From: an uncultured Planctomycetia bacterium | GTDB lineage: Bacteria > Omnitrophota > Gorgyraeia > Tantalellales > Tantalellaceae | Direction: 5' to 3' | DNA: 64,000 nt | Assembly (NCBI GenBank): GCA_964527765.1 | Contig: CAZGQR010000001.1 | Coordinates: forward strand, 246,353 to 310,352 | Shown here: positions 1 through 10,076 of the stretch, piece by piece | Numbering within the stretch: position 1 is the first letter of the stretch | Layout: the number at the start of each line of letters is the position of its first letter | The notes under the pieces: model-generated | The model's input: only the letters and a program-made list of their open reading frames with translations | The model's database searches: none | What the model was told of the DNA's origin: nothing | Position numbers and translations under genes: made by a program

Positions 1-153
1 GCTTCCATGACAAGGCCGAGGTCATTGCCGATCTCGGGCGATCCTTCTTTTTCCAGGGCAACGGATACCTTGATATCGGGATCTTTCATTGCCAGATCCG
101 CGATCCGCCTTCCCATTTTCCCGCACGCCCCGCTTATCCCTATTTTTAACACG
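1..153 (-). CDS. dapB: 4-hydroxy-tetrahydrodipicolinate reductase, N-terminal part (gene continues past window start)
   Basis: The minus-strand translation from GTG at 153 reads VLKIGISGACGKMGRRIADLAMKDPDIKVSVALEKEG. This is the classic DapB N-terminal Rossmann motif. AAGGAG lies 6 nt upstream of the GTG. Confidence 0.75.
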
Positions 154-324
154 GTAAACTCCTTGTAGTAACTACTCAGGGGATCAGTAATTAGGTCGTT
201 TGCTGTTGCTCCGTACAGGGAGGATCCACACCGGGCGGCCTCGCCCGAAGGACTCGGCACTTCCTCGGACATTTCGTCCTCGGTCGGAGGGCCCTGGTAG
301 GAGCAAAAGCGAACGACCGTTGAT

Positions 325-1191
325 CTATATCAGCTTATAACGCTTAAGCACCTGCCTCAGTCTATCCTTGTTCTCCCCGCTCATCTCACAAAGCGGCAAT
401 CTCCATTCCTCATCGATCATACCCATCATACCCAGAGCTGTCTTAACGGGTATGGGATTGGTCTCTATGAACATCGCCTGGCAAAGTTCCAGTATCTCGT
501 AATGGATCCCGCGGCTCTCTTCTTCCTTGCCGTCAAGATATGTCTGTACCAGGTCATGCACCTTGCCCGGTATAATGTTCGCGGCAACGCTTACCACGCC
601 TGCAGCCCCAACGGACATGAAAGGCAAAGTCATCGCGTCGTCGCCGCTCATCACGGTTATATCACAAAGCGCCAGGATGTTCATGACCTGCTGGACACTG
701 CCGGCGGCTTCCTTTATAGCGACAATATTATCGACCTTCGAAAGCCTGGCTACCGTGGAAGGAAGAAGAGATATCCCGGTGCGTGAGGGAACGTTGTATA
801 ACATTATGGGTATATCCACGTTTTTCGCGATCTCCGAGTAATGCCTGTACTGTCCTTCCGGCGTGGGTTTATTGTAATACGGCGTGATGATAAGCGCGCC
901 GTCGCAACCCGCCTTTCTGGCGTAAGCGGTGAGTTCTATGGCTTCACGGGTACTGTTTGAACCGGTTCCCGCAACTACCGGAACACGTTTCCCCGACGTC
1001 TCCACTGTTATCTTTATAAGGCGTTCTTGTTCCGAGGTGGTCAATGTCGCGGCTTCCCCGGTACAACCGCAGGGAACCAGACCGTCAGTCCCGTTATCGA
1101 TATGGAACTCTATGAGCTTGCGAAACGCCTTTTCATCCAGCCTGCCGTCCTTGAACGGCGTGGCCAGGGCAACATATGAACCTTTGAACAT
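325..1191 (-). CDS. dapA: 4-hydroxy-tetrahydrodipicolinate synthase
   Basis: The 288-aa ORF is DapA/NAL-family throughout (GTGEAATLT, YNVPSRTG motifs). Confidence 0.9.
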   Translation of the reverse strand: MFKGSYVALATPFKDGRLDEKAFRKLIEFHIDNGTDGLVPCGCTGEAATLTTSEQERLIKITVETSGKRVPVVAGTGSNSTREAIELTAYARKAGCDGALIITPYYNKPTPEGQYRHYSEIAKNVDIPIMLYNVPSRTGISLLPSTVARLSKVDNIVAIKEAAGSVQQVMNILALCDITVMSGDDAMTLPFMSVGAAGVVSVAANIIPGKVHDLVQTYLDGKEEESRGIHYEILELCQAMFIETNPIPVKTALGMMGMIDEEWRLPLCEMSGENKDRLRQVLKRYKLI

Positions 1192-1212
1192 CTTTTCCTC
1201 CCCCTCTTTGAG

Positions 1213-2025
1213 CTACACCTTTCCTTCACAAACAATGCTGGCCGTACCCTCCAGATACACGTCCGTAACCTTTCCCCCGGACATCCTGTAATGGACTGTG
1301 AGCATATCACCGCTTCTGGTCCGGATCTTCACCGGGCTGGATGCATAACCAAGAAGGCCCATTATAACGGCGGACGCCACTACACCCGTTCCGCATGCCA
1401 GTGTTTCATCCTCCACGCCGCGTTCATAGGTCCGCACCGAGGCGCTGTTCGCGCCTGTATCAGTTATAAAATCCGCGTTAGTCCCTTCCGGAGCGAACAG
1501 TGTATGCTCGCGGATCTTGCGACCTATTCTTTTTACCTCATATCCTTCCAGGTCATTGACAAAATGCACAACATGAGGGACTCCGGTATTTATGTAATGC
1601 GCTGTCACCATGCTGGGGCCTATGCCGAGATTTATCTTGAGCCTGATATCCCTGGGGTCGCTCATTTTTACCTTCACGGCGTTCCCGCTGACCGTGGCGT
1701 TCAGTATGCCGGCACCGGTCTCTATGGTAAGATCTTCGCCCCAGCCGGTATTGGCCGCGTAATAAGCGCTGCACCGGATCCCGTTAGCGCACATATCCAC
1801 TTCGGAACCGTCGGGATTTATCACGCGCATGCGGAAGGCCGCCTTATCCGAGTCTTCCAGGACCAGCAGCCCGTCCGCCCCGATGGAGAGTCTCCTGCGG
1901 CAAAGGTCCCGGGCTATTTCCGGGTAATCAAGAGAGCGCGCGCCCAGTTCACCGCTCCTGTCGTCGATGATTATAAAGTCATTGCCGCTGGCTACGGCCT
2001 TCGTGAAGCAGATATTGTATCTCAC
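1213..2025 (-). CDS. dapF: diaminopimelate epimerase
   Basis: The 270-aa ORF matches DapF along its length, including the two-cysteine active-site context (SGNDFIIID, CGTG-like). Confidence 0.88.
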   Translation of the reverse strand: MRYNICFTKAVASGNDFIIIDDRSGELGARSLDYPEIARDLCRRRLSIGADGLLVLEDSDKAAFRMRVINPDGSEVDMCANGIRCSAYYAANTGWGEDLTIETGAGILNATVSGNAVKVKMSDPRDIRLKINLGIGPSMVTAHYINTGVPHVVHFVNDLEGYEVKRIGRKIREHTLFAPEGTNADFITDTGANSASVRTYERGVEDETLACGTGVVASAVIMGLLGYASSPVKIRTRSGDMLTVHYRMSGGKVTDVYLEGTASIVCEGKV

Positions 2026-3272
2026 TTGAACTCTTTCAGTATTTTTTCACCGCGGATCAGGTCACGGTACGTTTCCGCGGCCCGGATGACCTTAACTTCA
2101 CCGTTGATCACCATCAGCTCCGCCGGCCGCGGCCGGGAATTATAATTTGAAGCCATGCTGAAGCCGTAAGCGCCGGCGCCCATGACCGAAAGGTACTCTC
2201 CGGGGAGAAGCTCCTGGAGTTCCCTGTCCAGGGCCAGATAATCCCCGCTTTCGCATATGGGCCCGACCACGTCATATCTATGCGGATTCGTCTTCCGTTC
2301 CGTTACGGGACGAATCTCGTGATAGGCCTTGTACAGGCTGGGGCGCATAAGATCGTTCATTCCGGCATCCACTATAGCGAATTTTTTACCGGTCGATCCT
2401 GTTTTAGTATACAGCACCTTGCATACCAGAATACCGCTGTTGCCGACGATAAAACGTCCGGGCTCGAGTATAAGCCTGAAGGGCCTGTCCTTGACAAGCG
2501 GAACGATCTTGTCGGCGAACTCCTGTGCGGTGGTGGCTTTCTCTCTGTCATAGACGATCCCGAGCCCGCCGCCGATGTTCAGCCACTCGATCCCTATATT
2601 GTTCTTGTCTATGAAATCCAGTATCTTTTTTATCGCATCCACGAACGGGGCCGTGTCCGTTATCTGCGATCCGATGTGCACATGTATCCCTTTCAGCGCA
2701 ACGTGGGAGTACTTGTTCGCGTTGTCAAACACATCTTCGGCTGCCTTGAAATCGATCCCGAACTTCTTTTCTTTCGCGCCGGTAGTTACATATTCATGGG
2801 TATCGGCCGTCACGTCGGGATTAAGCCGTATGGCCACCCTGGCCTTTTTGCGCAGGCGGCTCGCCGTGGTATCGATCGTGATCAATTCAGGGACCGACTC
2901 TACGTTAAAAAACAGTATACCCTTGACGAGGGCTTTCTTTATCTCTTCCTCTGTCTTGCCCACACTCGCGTAAACTATTCTTTCCGGAGGGCACCCCGCC
3001 TTGAGGGCCTTATAAAGTTCTCCGCCGGACACGATATCCAATCCCGCGCCGGCGTTCACCAGGGCCCTGCAGATGTTCAGGTTCGAGTTGGACTTCATCG
3101 AAAAACAGATGAGAGGATCCACCTCCCTGAACGCGTCCTGTATCTTGCGGAAATGATCCATTACCGTGCCGTAACTGTACAGGTAAAACGGCGTCGGATA
3201 CTGCTCGGCGATATCGGTCAGGGGAATATCCTCGCAATGAAGTATCCCGTCCTTGTAATGAAATTCGTGCAT
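2022..3272 (-). CDS. lysA: diaminopimelate decarboxylase
   Basis: It is an Orn/DAP/Arg decarboxylase-family protein (YPTPFYLYS, PLP-binding region). I chose the ATG at 3272 (MHEFHYKDG) so that it clears the argH stop. Confidence 0.85.
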   Translation of the reverse strand: MHEFHYKDGILHCEDIPLTDIAEQYPTPFYLYSYGTVMDHFRKIQDAFREVDPLICFSMKSNSNLNICRALVNAGAGLDIVSGGELYKALKAGCPPERIVYASVGKTEEEIKKALVKGILFFNVESVPELITIDTTASRLRKKARVAIRLNPDVTADTHEYVTTGAKEKKFGIDFKAAEDVFDNANKYSHVALKGIHVHIGSQITDTAPFVDAIKKILDFIDKNNIGIEWLNIGGGLGIVYDREKATTAQEFADKIVPLVKDRPFRLILEPGRFIVGNSGILVCKVLYTKTGSTGKKFAIVDAGMNDLMRPSLYKAYHEIRPVTERKTNPHRYDVVGPICESGDYLALDRELQELLPGEYLSVMGAGAYGFSMASNYNSRPRPAELMVINGEVKVIRAAETYRDLIRGEKILKEFK

Positions 3273-3273
3273 T

Positions 3274-4653
3274 CTAATCCTTGAGTTTCTTTTTCCAGCC
3301 GGAGATCTCTTTCCTGACAAACTCCGGATTGGTGCTTCCCCTTGTCCTCTTGCTGGCGACGGAAGTCTCGGGGTTCAGCAATCCGTAGATATCTTCTTCC
3401 AGTTTTTCCGAAAAACCTTTCAGCTCCGATATTGAAAGGTCCGAAATATTTATGCTGTTCTCGGTGCAATGTTTAACGATCCTGCCTATCACCTCATGCG
3501 CGTCGGCGAATGCCACCCCCTTGCGGACCAGATATTCCGCCAGGTCCGTAGCGTAAATGAACTCGTCCTCAAGCGCCTTCGACGCTATTTCCTTCTTCAG
3601 GGTAATGCTCCCGGCCACTTCAGCCATGATCGCAAGTTCTTCCGCGACAAGTTCGACGGACTCGAACAGGGGTTTCTTATCTTCCTGCAGGTCCCTGTTA
3701 TATGAGTGCGGCAATCCCTTCAGGAGAACGAACAGGGAATTAAGCGCGCCGATGACATGGGAAGACTTCCCGCGGACCAGTTCCAGCACGTCCGGGTTTT
3801 TCTTCTGAGGCATCAGCGAGCTGCCGGTGCAATAATCCTGCCCTATCTCCAGAAAGCCGAATTCCGGGGTACTGTAAAGTATCAGGTCTTCGCATATCCT
3901 GGAAAGGTGCACGGCGATAAAGCAAAGCGCCGCTATGAGCTCCACGATGAAATCCCTGTCACTGACAGCATCGATACTGTTGGCGGAAATATTCTTGAAA
4001 CCGAGTTTCTCCGCGACGAACCTGCGGTCGAGTTCCAGGCCGGAACCGGCGATCGCTCCGGATCCCATCACGGAGATATCCGCGCGGCGGCCCGCGTCTT
4101 CCAATCGCCCGCGGTCACGCTCGAGCGTCTCCACGTACGCAAGCACAAGATGCGCAAAGAGGATCGGCTGTGCGCGGTTAAGGTGCGTGTATCCCGGCAT
4201 TATGACGTCTTCCGTCCTCTCGGCCAGGCCCACGAGTTCCTTCTGAAGGCCCACAACAAGCCCTTTGATGCGTCCGATACTGTCCCTGCAGTACAAACGG
4301 ACATCATTGACCACCTGCTCGTTGCGGGACCTGCCCGTATGCATCTTTTTTGCCGCTTCAGGAGCTTTGTTCTCCACATAACCCTGGATGGCCGAATGTA
4401 TGTCCTCGTACTCCTCCAATTGCTGGAAACCGCCTTTCTCGATCTTTGAAAACAGATCATCCAGCACCCCCAGGAGCTCTTTTCTCTCGTCGTCCGAGAT
4501 CAAACCGCATCGCGAAAGCATCTCTACATGGACCTTGCTGCTCAAACAATCATATTTGGCAAGGATCCTGTCGATATCGAGACTGGATGTAAATTTCATG
4601 ACGCGAGGTTCCATGCCTTTTTTTAAAAACCTTCCGCCCCATAACTTCGCCAT
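3274..4653 (-). CDS. argH: argininosuccinate lyase
   Basis: The N-terminus reads MAKLWGGRF, and the fumarate-lyase signature GSSLMPQKKNPD is present. Confidence 0.9.
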   Translation of the reverse strand: MAKLWGGRFLKKGMEPRVMKFTSSLDIDRILAKYDCLSSKVHVEMLSRCGLISDDERKELLGVLDDLFSKIEKGGFQQLEEYEDIHSAIQGYVENKAPEAAKKMHTGRSRNEQVVNDVRLYCRDSIGRIKGLVVGLQKELVGLAERTEDVIMPGYTHLNRAQPILFAHLVLAYVETLERDRGRLEDAGRRADISVMGSGAIAGSGLELDRRFVAEKLGFKNISANSIDAVSDRDFIVELIAALCFIAVHLSRICEDLILYSTPEFGFLEIGQDYCTGSSLMPQKKNPDVLELVRGKSSHVIGALNSLFVLLKGLPHSYNRDLQEDKKPLFESVELVAEELAIMAEVAGSITLKKEIASKALEDEFIYATDLAEYLVRKGVAFADAHEVIGRIVKHCTENSINISDLSISELKGFSEKLEEDIYGLLNPETSVASKRTRGSTNPEFVRKEISGWKKKLKD

Positions 4654-4662
4654 GATCTCTCC

Positions 4663-5844
4663 TTACTTTTTAAACGGTAGCGCCCAGAGGTCTATAAATC
4701 CTTTTGCGAGCGACTGGTCAAAGATATCACCCTTCCCGTAAGTCGCCAGTTCTATTTTGTAACGGGATTTCGGGCTCCTCCTCCCGCAGACAGTGACGCT
4801 CCCCTTGTACAATTTCAGCTTCACATCCCCGGAAACGTTCTCCTGCGTTCCATCCACAAAAGCGTCTATGGCCTCCTTGAGAGGCGTGAACCACAAGCCG
4901 TAATATACCAGCTCCGAATAACGTTCGGAGAGAGCGCGTTTATACCCGCGGGTCTCCCTGTCCAGCACGAGTTCCTCGAGAGCCGTATGCCCCGCATAAA
5001 GGATCGCGGACGCCGGGGCTTCATATACCTCGCGGGACTTGATGCCGACGAGACGGTCTTCGATCATATCGACCCGACCCACGCCATGCGCGCCTCCCAT
5101 CTTATTCAGTTTTCGGACAAGCTGCGCCGGGCCGTACTTCTTCCCGTTAACGGCCGTAGGAACGCCTTTCTTGAACGTGATAGTTACATATTGTGCTTTC
5201 GCGGGGGCTTTTTCGGCCCTGACGACGCTGATATGCGTATCCTTCGGCGGTTCGGACCACGGGTTTTCCAGTTTTCCCCCTTCGATGCTTACCCCCCACA
5301 GATTATGGTCTATGCTGTAAAGCTTTTTCTTTGTCTGTTCGACCGGTATCTTGTGTTTTTTCGCGTAATCGATCTCCGCTTCACGCGTCGCGAGGTCCCA
5401 TTCCCGGACAGGAGCTATCACCTTAAGTCCCGGGGCCTTTAAATGAAAGGTCACCTCAAAACGGACCTGGTCATTCCCCTTGCCTGTGCAGCCATGAGCA
5501 ACGGCATTCGCTCCTTCTTTTTTGGCAAAGCCTATCATCGCTTCCGCGATGAGAGGGCGGGAAAGCGCCGTGGCCAGATTGTACTTGCCCTGGTATAACG
5601 CTCCCGCCTTTAGAGCGCGAAACGCATAGTCCCTGATAAATTTTTCCTTCAGGTCCCCGACCGCGCATTTTTTCGCGCCGATCTCGAGAGCGCGCCTGCG
5701 GCTTTTATCCGCAGGTGTACCCTGACCCACGTCAGCCATATAGCAGATAACCTCGTAGTCGCGCTCGATAAGCCATTTTATGATCACAGAGGTATCAAGC
5801 CCTCCTGAATAAGCGAGCACTACTTTTTTCTTTTTCTTAGCCAT
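4663..5844 (-). CDS. argG: argininosuccinate synthase
   Basis: AYSGGLDTS PP-loop; ArgG-like throughout; start chosen at MAKKKKKVV. Confidence 0.9.
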   Translation of the reverse strand: MAKKKKKVVLAYSGGLDTSVIIKWLIERDYEVICYMADVGQGTPADKSRRRALEIGAKKCAVGDLKEKFIRDYAFRALKAGALYQGKYNLATALSRPLIAEAMIGFAKKEGANAVAHGCTGKGNDQVRFEVTFHLKAPGLKVIAPVREWDLATREAEIDYAKKHKIPVEQTKKKLYSIDHNLWGVSIEGGKLENPWSEPPKDTHISVVRAEKAPAKAQYVTITFKKGVPTAVNGKKYGPAQLVRKLNKMGGAHGVGRVDMIEDRLVGIKSREVYEAPASAILYAGHTALEELVLDRETRGYKRALSERYSELVYYGLWFTPLKEAIDAFVDGTQENVSGDVKLKLYKGSVTVCGRRSPKSRYKIELATYGKGDIFDQSLAKGFIDLWALPFKK

Positions 5845-5881
5845 GTCCGGACTCCTGTTGTTCTGCAACTGTTTTCAACCA

Positions 5882-6796
5882 TTACCCGAGCATCCTGAGC
5901 AGGATGGCTTTCTGAACATGCATCCTGTTCTCGGCCTGATCATAGACGATGGAATTCTTTCCGTCTATCACGTCCGTGATCTCTTCGCCGCGGTGCGCCG
6001 GGAGACAATGCATTATCAGCGCATCCTCTTTGGCCGCGCCCATAAGGGCGGCATTTACCTGGAACCCTTCAAAATCTTTCAGGCGTTTCTCCCTTTCCTC
6101 TTCCTGTCCCATGCTGATCCATACATCGGTATACACGATATCGCTTCCTGAAACGGCCCGGTACGGGTCGCTGGACAGTTCAAAGACCGCTTTGTTGCTC
6201 CTGGCTATCTTTGAAGCTTCGTCAAAAATATCCTCCGGCGGACGGTACCCTTCAGGGGTGGCGACCTTCATGTTCACACCGGTCTTCGCGCAGACCATGA
6301 GCAGCGAATTGAGCACGTTATTCCCGTCACCCACGTATGAAACCGTGACATCCTTGAGCGTCCTCATCTTCTCGGCAATGGTGAATATGTCACTGAGCGC
6401 CTGGCAGGGGTGCGCGCGGTCAGACAGGCCGTTTATCACGGGAACATCCGAATGCCTTGCAAAATCCACGACGTCCTGATGTGAGAACACGCGGGCCACT
6501 ATGCCGTCCACGTACCGCGATATCACGCGGCTCACGTCCTTGACCGATTCACGCGTCCCCATTTCGATCTCCCACGGACTCAAGTACAGGGCATAACCGC
6601 CCAGATGCACCATGGCCGCCTCGAACGATATCCTCGTCCTGTTGGACGGTTTCTGAAATACAAGGGCGAGTATCCTGTCCTTAAGCGCCCTCTTTCTTAA
6701 CAGAGGTGTTTTTTTCAGCTTCCGGGCAAGTTTTACGATATCAAGTATCTCCCTGGAACTCATGTCCCTGATAGCTATAAGGTCTTTGTTCTTCAT
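5882..6796 (-). CDS. argF: ornithine carbamoyltransferase
   Basis: STRTR carbamoyl-phosphate motif and HCLP motif are present. The arg-operon context favours the anabolic OTC. Confidence 0.85.
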   Translation of the reverse strand: MKNKDLIAIRDMSSREILDIVKLARKLKKTPLLRKRALKDRILALVFQKPSNRTRISFEAAMVHLGGYALYLSPWEIEMGTRESVKDVSRVISRYVDGIVARVFSHQDVVDFARHSDVPVINGLSDRAHPCQALSDIFTIAEKMRTLKDVTVSYVGDGNNVLNSLLMVCAKTGVNMKVATPEGYRPPEDIFDEASKIARSNKAVFELSSDPYRAVSGSDIVYTDVWISMGQEEEREKRLKDFEGFQVNAALMGAAKEDALIMHCLPAHRGEEITDVIDGKNSIVYDQAENRMHVQKAILLRMLG

Positions 6797-7974
6797 ATTT
6801 TCCCCAGTGCTTTTGAAAGCTTTTCAATAGCCGTATCGATATCCTTTTTCGTGACCGTTATGGGCGGCATGATCCTCAGTATGTTCTTCTGCGTGCAGTT
6901 TATCAAAAGCCCCTGTTCCATGCATTCGTTCGCCACACCGGAGGCATCCTCCACATTAAGCTTCACTCCTATCATGAGGCCCATGCCCTTTACCTTCTCG
7001 ATCGTCTTGTTGCGTTTCTTCAGTTCGTTAAGACATCCGGTAATGTACTCGCCCATCCGAACGGTATTTTCCAGCAGTTTCTCTTCTTCGATAGCCTCGA
7101 ACACCCCCAGAGCCGCCGCGCAGACGATCGGGCTTCCGCCGAACGTTGATGCGTGAGAACCGGGTGCAAGAACATCTATATACTTCTCGCCGACGACCAG
7201 GGCCCCGATCGGCAGCCCGCCGCCCAGTGACTTGGCCAGGGTCATGATGTCCGGCTCGATCCCGAAATGCTTGTAAGCGAACATCTCCCCTGTCCGCCCC
7301 ATGCAGGTCTGGACCTCATCGACGATAAAGAGCATATCCTTCTCCCGGCAGATATCCCTCATCTCCCGCATGTATTTTTCATCGGCAACGTTTATACCGC
7401 CTTCCCCCTGTACGGGCTCTATGATCACAGCGACCGTCTTATCCGTGACGGCGGCACTAAAAGCGCCGATATCGTTGAAAGGAACGTGCTTGAATCCCTC
7501 CGGCAGCGGAGAAAAGCCCTCCTTGACCTTTTTCTGACCGGTCGCCGTCAGGGTGGCCAGCGTGCGCCCGTGAAAGGAATTCTCCATCGCTATGATCTCG
7601 TACCTGTCAGGGTTCCCGTACCGGCGGGCCAGTTTTATCGCTCCTTCATTGGCCTCCGCGCCCGAGTTTGAAAAAAATACCCGTCCGCTGAAGGAGTGAT
7701 CTATTATCTTCTTCGCAAGAACCGGCTGAACATCGTTATAGTAATTGTTGGATACATGCAGTATTCTCTCAAGCTGCCCGGAGAGCCTGCGGACGACCTT
7801 CGGATGACGGTGCCCTATACCGCTGACGGCCCAGCCGGGGAAAAAGTCCAGATATTTTTTGCCGCCGGCATCTTCGACCCACACACCGTCCCCCTTGACA
7901 AGACACAGGTCCTGTCGCGTATATGTCGGGAGCACGTACTTGTCGTATAATTTCTTGATCTCGGTCAACCCCAT
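6793..7974 (-). CDS. argD: acetylornithine aminotransferase
   Basis: It is a class-III PLP aminotransferase and sits inside the arg operon. Confidence 0.85.
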   Translation of the reverse strand: MGLTEIKKLYDKYVLPTYTRQDLCLVKGDGVWVEDAGGKKYLDFFPGWAVSGIGHRHPKVVRRLSGQLERILHVSNNYYNDVQPVLAKKIIDHSFSGRVFFSNSGAEANEGAIKLARRYGNPDRYEIIAMENSFHGRTLATLTATGQKKVKEGFSPLPEGFKHVPFNDIGAFSAAVTDKTVAVIIEPVQGEGGINVADEKYMREMRDICREKDMLFIVDEVQTCMGRTGEMFAYKHFGIEPDIMTLAKSLGGGLPIGALVVGEKYIDVLAPGSHASTFGGSPIVCAAALGVFEAIEEEKLLENTVRMGEYITGCLNELKKRNKTIEKVKGMGLMIGVKLNVEDASGVANECMEQGLLINCTQKNILRIMPPITVTKKDIDTAIEKLSKALGKI

Positions 7975-7986
7975 TCTACTCCTTCG

Positions 7987-8841
7987 TCATCCGTGTATGA
8001 TCTCCGTCCCTATGCCCTTGTCCGTAAATATCTCGAGAAGCAAGGCATGGGAAAGATTCGCGTCAACGATATGCGTCTTTCTCACGCCTCCCCTGAGCGC
8101 GTGAAGGCAGGCCTTTGTCTTCGGCACCATACCGCCCTCGATGACCCCGCTTTCGATCAGGTGGTCGGCGGTCTCCAGCGTCAGTGAATGAAACAGGGAT
8201 CCCGGATCGTCCTTGTCTTTCATCACACCCCTGACATTCGTCAACACGACGAACTTTTCAGCGTCAAGCGCTATCGCGATGTTACTGGCTGCCTCGTCGG
8301 CGTTTATGTTATACAGCTTATTGTCCCTGCCCTTGCCCACCGGACAGACCACGGGGATAATGTTGGTATTTATAAGCCTGTGCAGGATCGTCGTGTCGAT
8401 CGCCTCAACGCTCCCGACAAAGCCCAGGTCCGGACCTTCCAGCTTGGCGGCCTGTATCATGTTATTCTCTTTCCCGCTCAGCCCGAAAGCCTCGCCGCCA
8501 AGTGAATTTATCTCGTCTACAAGGGCCCTGTTGACCTCCGTGAGAACGGAGTCCACGACTCCCATCGACTTTTCACACGTCACCCTGAGCCCGTCAATGA
8601 ATTTCGTCTCTATCTTCTCTTCCCTGAGCCGTTCGCTTATGGTAGGCCCTCCCCCGTGGACCAGCACGGGCCTCATGCCGGCGTACCGCATGAACACTAT
8701 ATCCTGCAGGACCATATTACGGGACGCTCCCTCGTGAAGCGAACTCCCGCCGAACTTTATGACCACCACCTTGTTGAAAAATTTCTTTATGTACGGCAGC
8801 GCTTCTATGAGAACGTTACTTTTCCTGATTGCTTCTTCCAT
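7987..8841 (-). CDS. argB: acetylglutamate kinase
   Basis: It belongs to the amino-acid kinase family and has an ArgB-like N-terminus (VIKFGGS). Confidence 0.88.
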   Translation of the reverse strand: MEEAIRKSNVLIEALPYIKKFFNKVVVIKFGGSSLHEGASRNMVLQDIVFMRYAGMRPVLVHGGGPTISERLREEKIETKFIDGLRVTCEKSMGVVDSVLTEVNRALVDEINSLGGEAFGLSGKENNMIQAAKLEGPDLGFVGSVEAIDTTILHRLINTNIIPVVCPVGKGRDNKLYNINADEAASNIAIALDAEKFVVLTNVRGVMKDKDDPGSLFHSLTLETADHLIESGVIEGGMVPKTKACLHALRGGVRKTHIVDANLSHALLLEIFTDKGIGTEIIHG

Positions 8842-8867
8842 TTCTTATCCTTGTAAATCGTCCTTGT

Positions 8868-10058
8868 CTACGTAGTATAATGTGCGTTCAGCGTGATGTA
8901 CTTTTTCGATATGTCGCAGGAAAAAACACACGCTTCCGCTTCGCCGCCATGAAGATCCACTTTTATCTGCACGTCCTTACCCTTGAAGACCGAAGCGGCC
9001 TTCCGCGCTGAGACCGGCTTAAACCTTCCGCTCTTGTAAAACGTCACTCCGTCCAGGATCACTTCCATCTTACCGGGATCAAATGCGACCCCGCTGGCGC
9101 CGGCTGAGGATGCTATGCGCCCCCAGTTGGGATCGCCGCCGAGAACGGCGCATTTGACCAGAAGCGAATCCGCTACGGCCCCCGCCATCTTCTTTGCATC
9201 GGGAACGGTCCTGGCCCCCTTAACGCATACTTCGATGAACTTGCTGGCGCCCTCTCCGTCGCGAACGATCATCCTGGCGAGTTCACCGGAAACCTCGCCG
9301 AGGTTTTTCTGGAACAGTTCGAGATCTTTACCGTTCTCCTTTATCAGCCTGTTATCCGCCTCGCCGTTGGCGAGAAGCATCGCCGTATCGTTAGTGCTCA
9401 TGTCGCCGTCAACCGTTATCGCGTTGAATGAAGTTTCAGCCGCCGCCAGCAGAGCTTTTTTCATGGCTTTTTTAGACACGTTGGCATCCGTCAGTATGTA
9501 GCATAGCATGGTCGCCATGTCAGGTTTTACCATCCCCGCGCCCTTGGCTATGCCGGTCATCGTGATCTTCTTGCCTCCCGCGACAAATGTACGGCTCGCG
9601 ATCTTGTGGAACCGGTCTGTCGTCATGATACCTTCGGCCGCATCAATAAGACCATCCGCGGACAAGCCGGCCACGAGCTTGAACATCCCGTTTATAATGG
9701 GCCTCATGGGCATGAATTTACCTATTATGCCGGTCGAAGAGACCAGGACCGCATCCTTCGAAGTCCCTAGCAACCTTGCCAGAACAGCCGCCATCTTCCT
9801 GGCATCGCTTAAGCCCCGATCACCGGTCATGCAATTGGCGTTCCCGCTGTTTATCAACACCGCGCTGAAACATCCGCCTTTTTTAAGCTGTTCCTCAGCC
9901 ACTAGAAGCGGGGCGGCCTTGACCGCATTCCGGGTAAAAAGAGCCTCTACCTTGCAGGGTGTCTTTGAATAAAGAAGTGAAAGATCCTTTCGTTTTTTCT
10001 TCACCCCGCAATGTATGCCGCTGACCAGGAATCCCTTTGGAAGCTTGTGTTTTTTCAT
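8868..10058 (-). CDS. argJ: bifunctional glutamate N-acetyltransferase / ornithine acetyltransferase
   Basis: It is ArgJ-family and carries the ATML autoprocessing motif (DMATMLCYI). Confidence 0.88.
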   Translation of the reverse strand: MKKHKLPKGFLVSGIHCGVKKKRKDLSLLYSKTPCKVEALFTRNAVKAAPLLVAEEQLKKGGCFSAVLINSGNANCMTGDRGLSDARKMAAVLARLLGTSKDAVLVSSTGIIGKFMPMRPIINGMFKLVAGLSADGLIDAAEGIMTTDRFHKIASRTFVAGGKKITMTGIAKGAGMVKPDMATMLCYILTDANVSKKAMKKALLAAAETSFNAITVDGDMSTNDTAMLLANGEADNRLIKENGKDLELFQKNLGEVSGELARMIVRDGEGASKFIEVCVKGARTVPDAKKMAGAVADSLLVKCAVLGGDPNWGRIASSAGASGVAFDPGKMEVILDGVTFYKSGRFKPVSARKAASVFKGKDVQIKVDLHGGEAEACVFSCDISKKYITLNAHYTT

Positions 10059-10076
10059 GACGCTTCTTTCCTCTTA

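Noticed and set aside
154-273. A possible 40-aa N-terminal extension of DapB from an in-frame ATG at 273.
   Set aside because: A strong AAGGAG-N6-GTG start lies exactly at the canonical DapB N-terminus (VLKIGISGACGKMG). The extension is GC-rich low-complexity sequence that is not expected in DapB.
154-324. A lysine riboswitch (L-box) between dapA and dapB.
   Set aside because: I could not find the conserved L-box sequence blocks by inspection, and the position in mid-operon before dapB is atypical. I leave this open as something to check.
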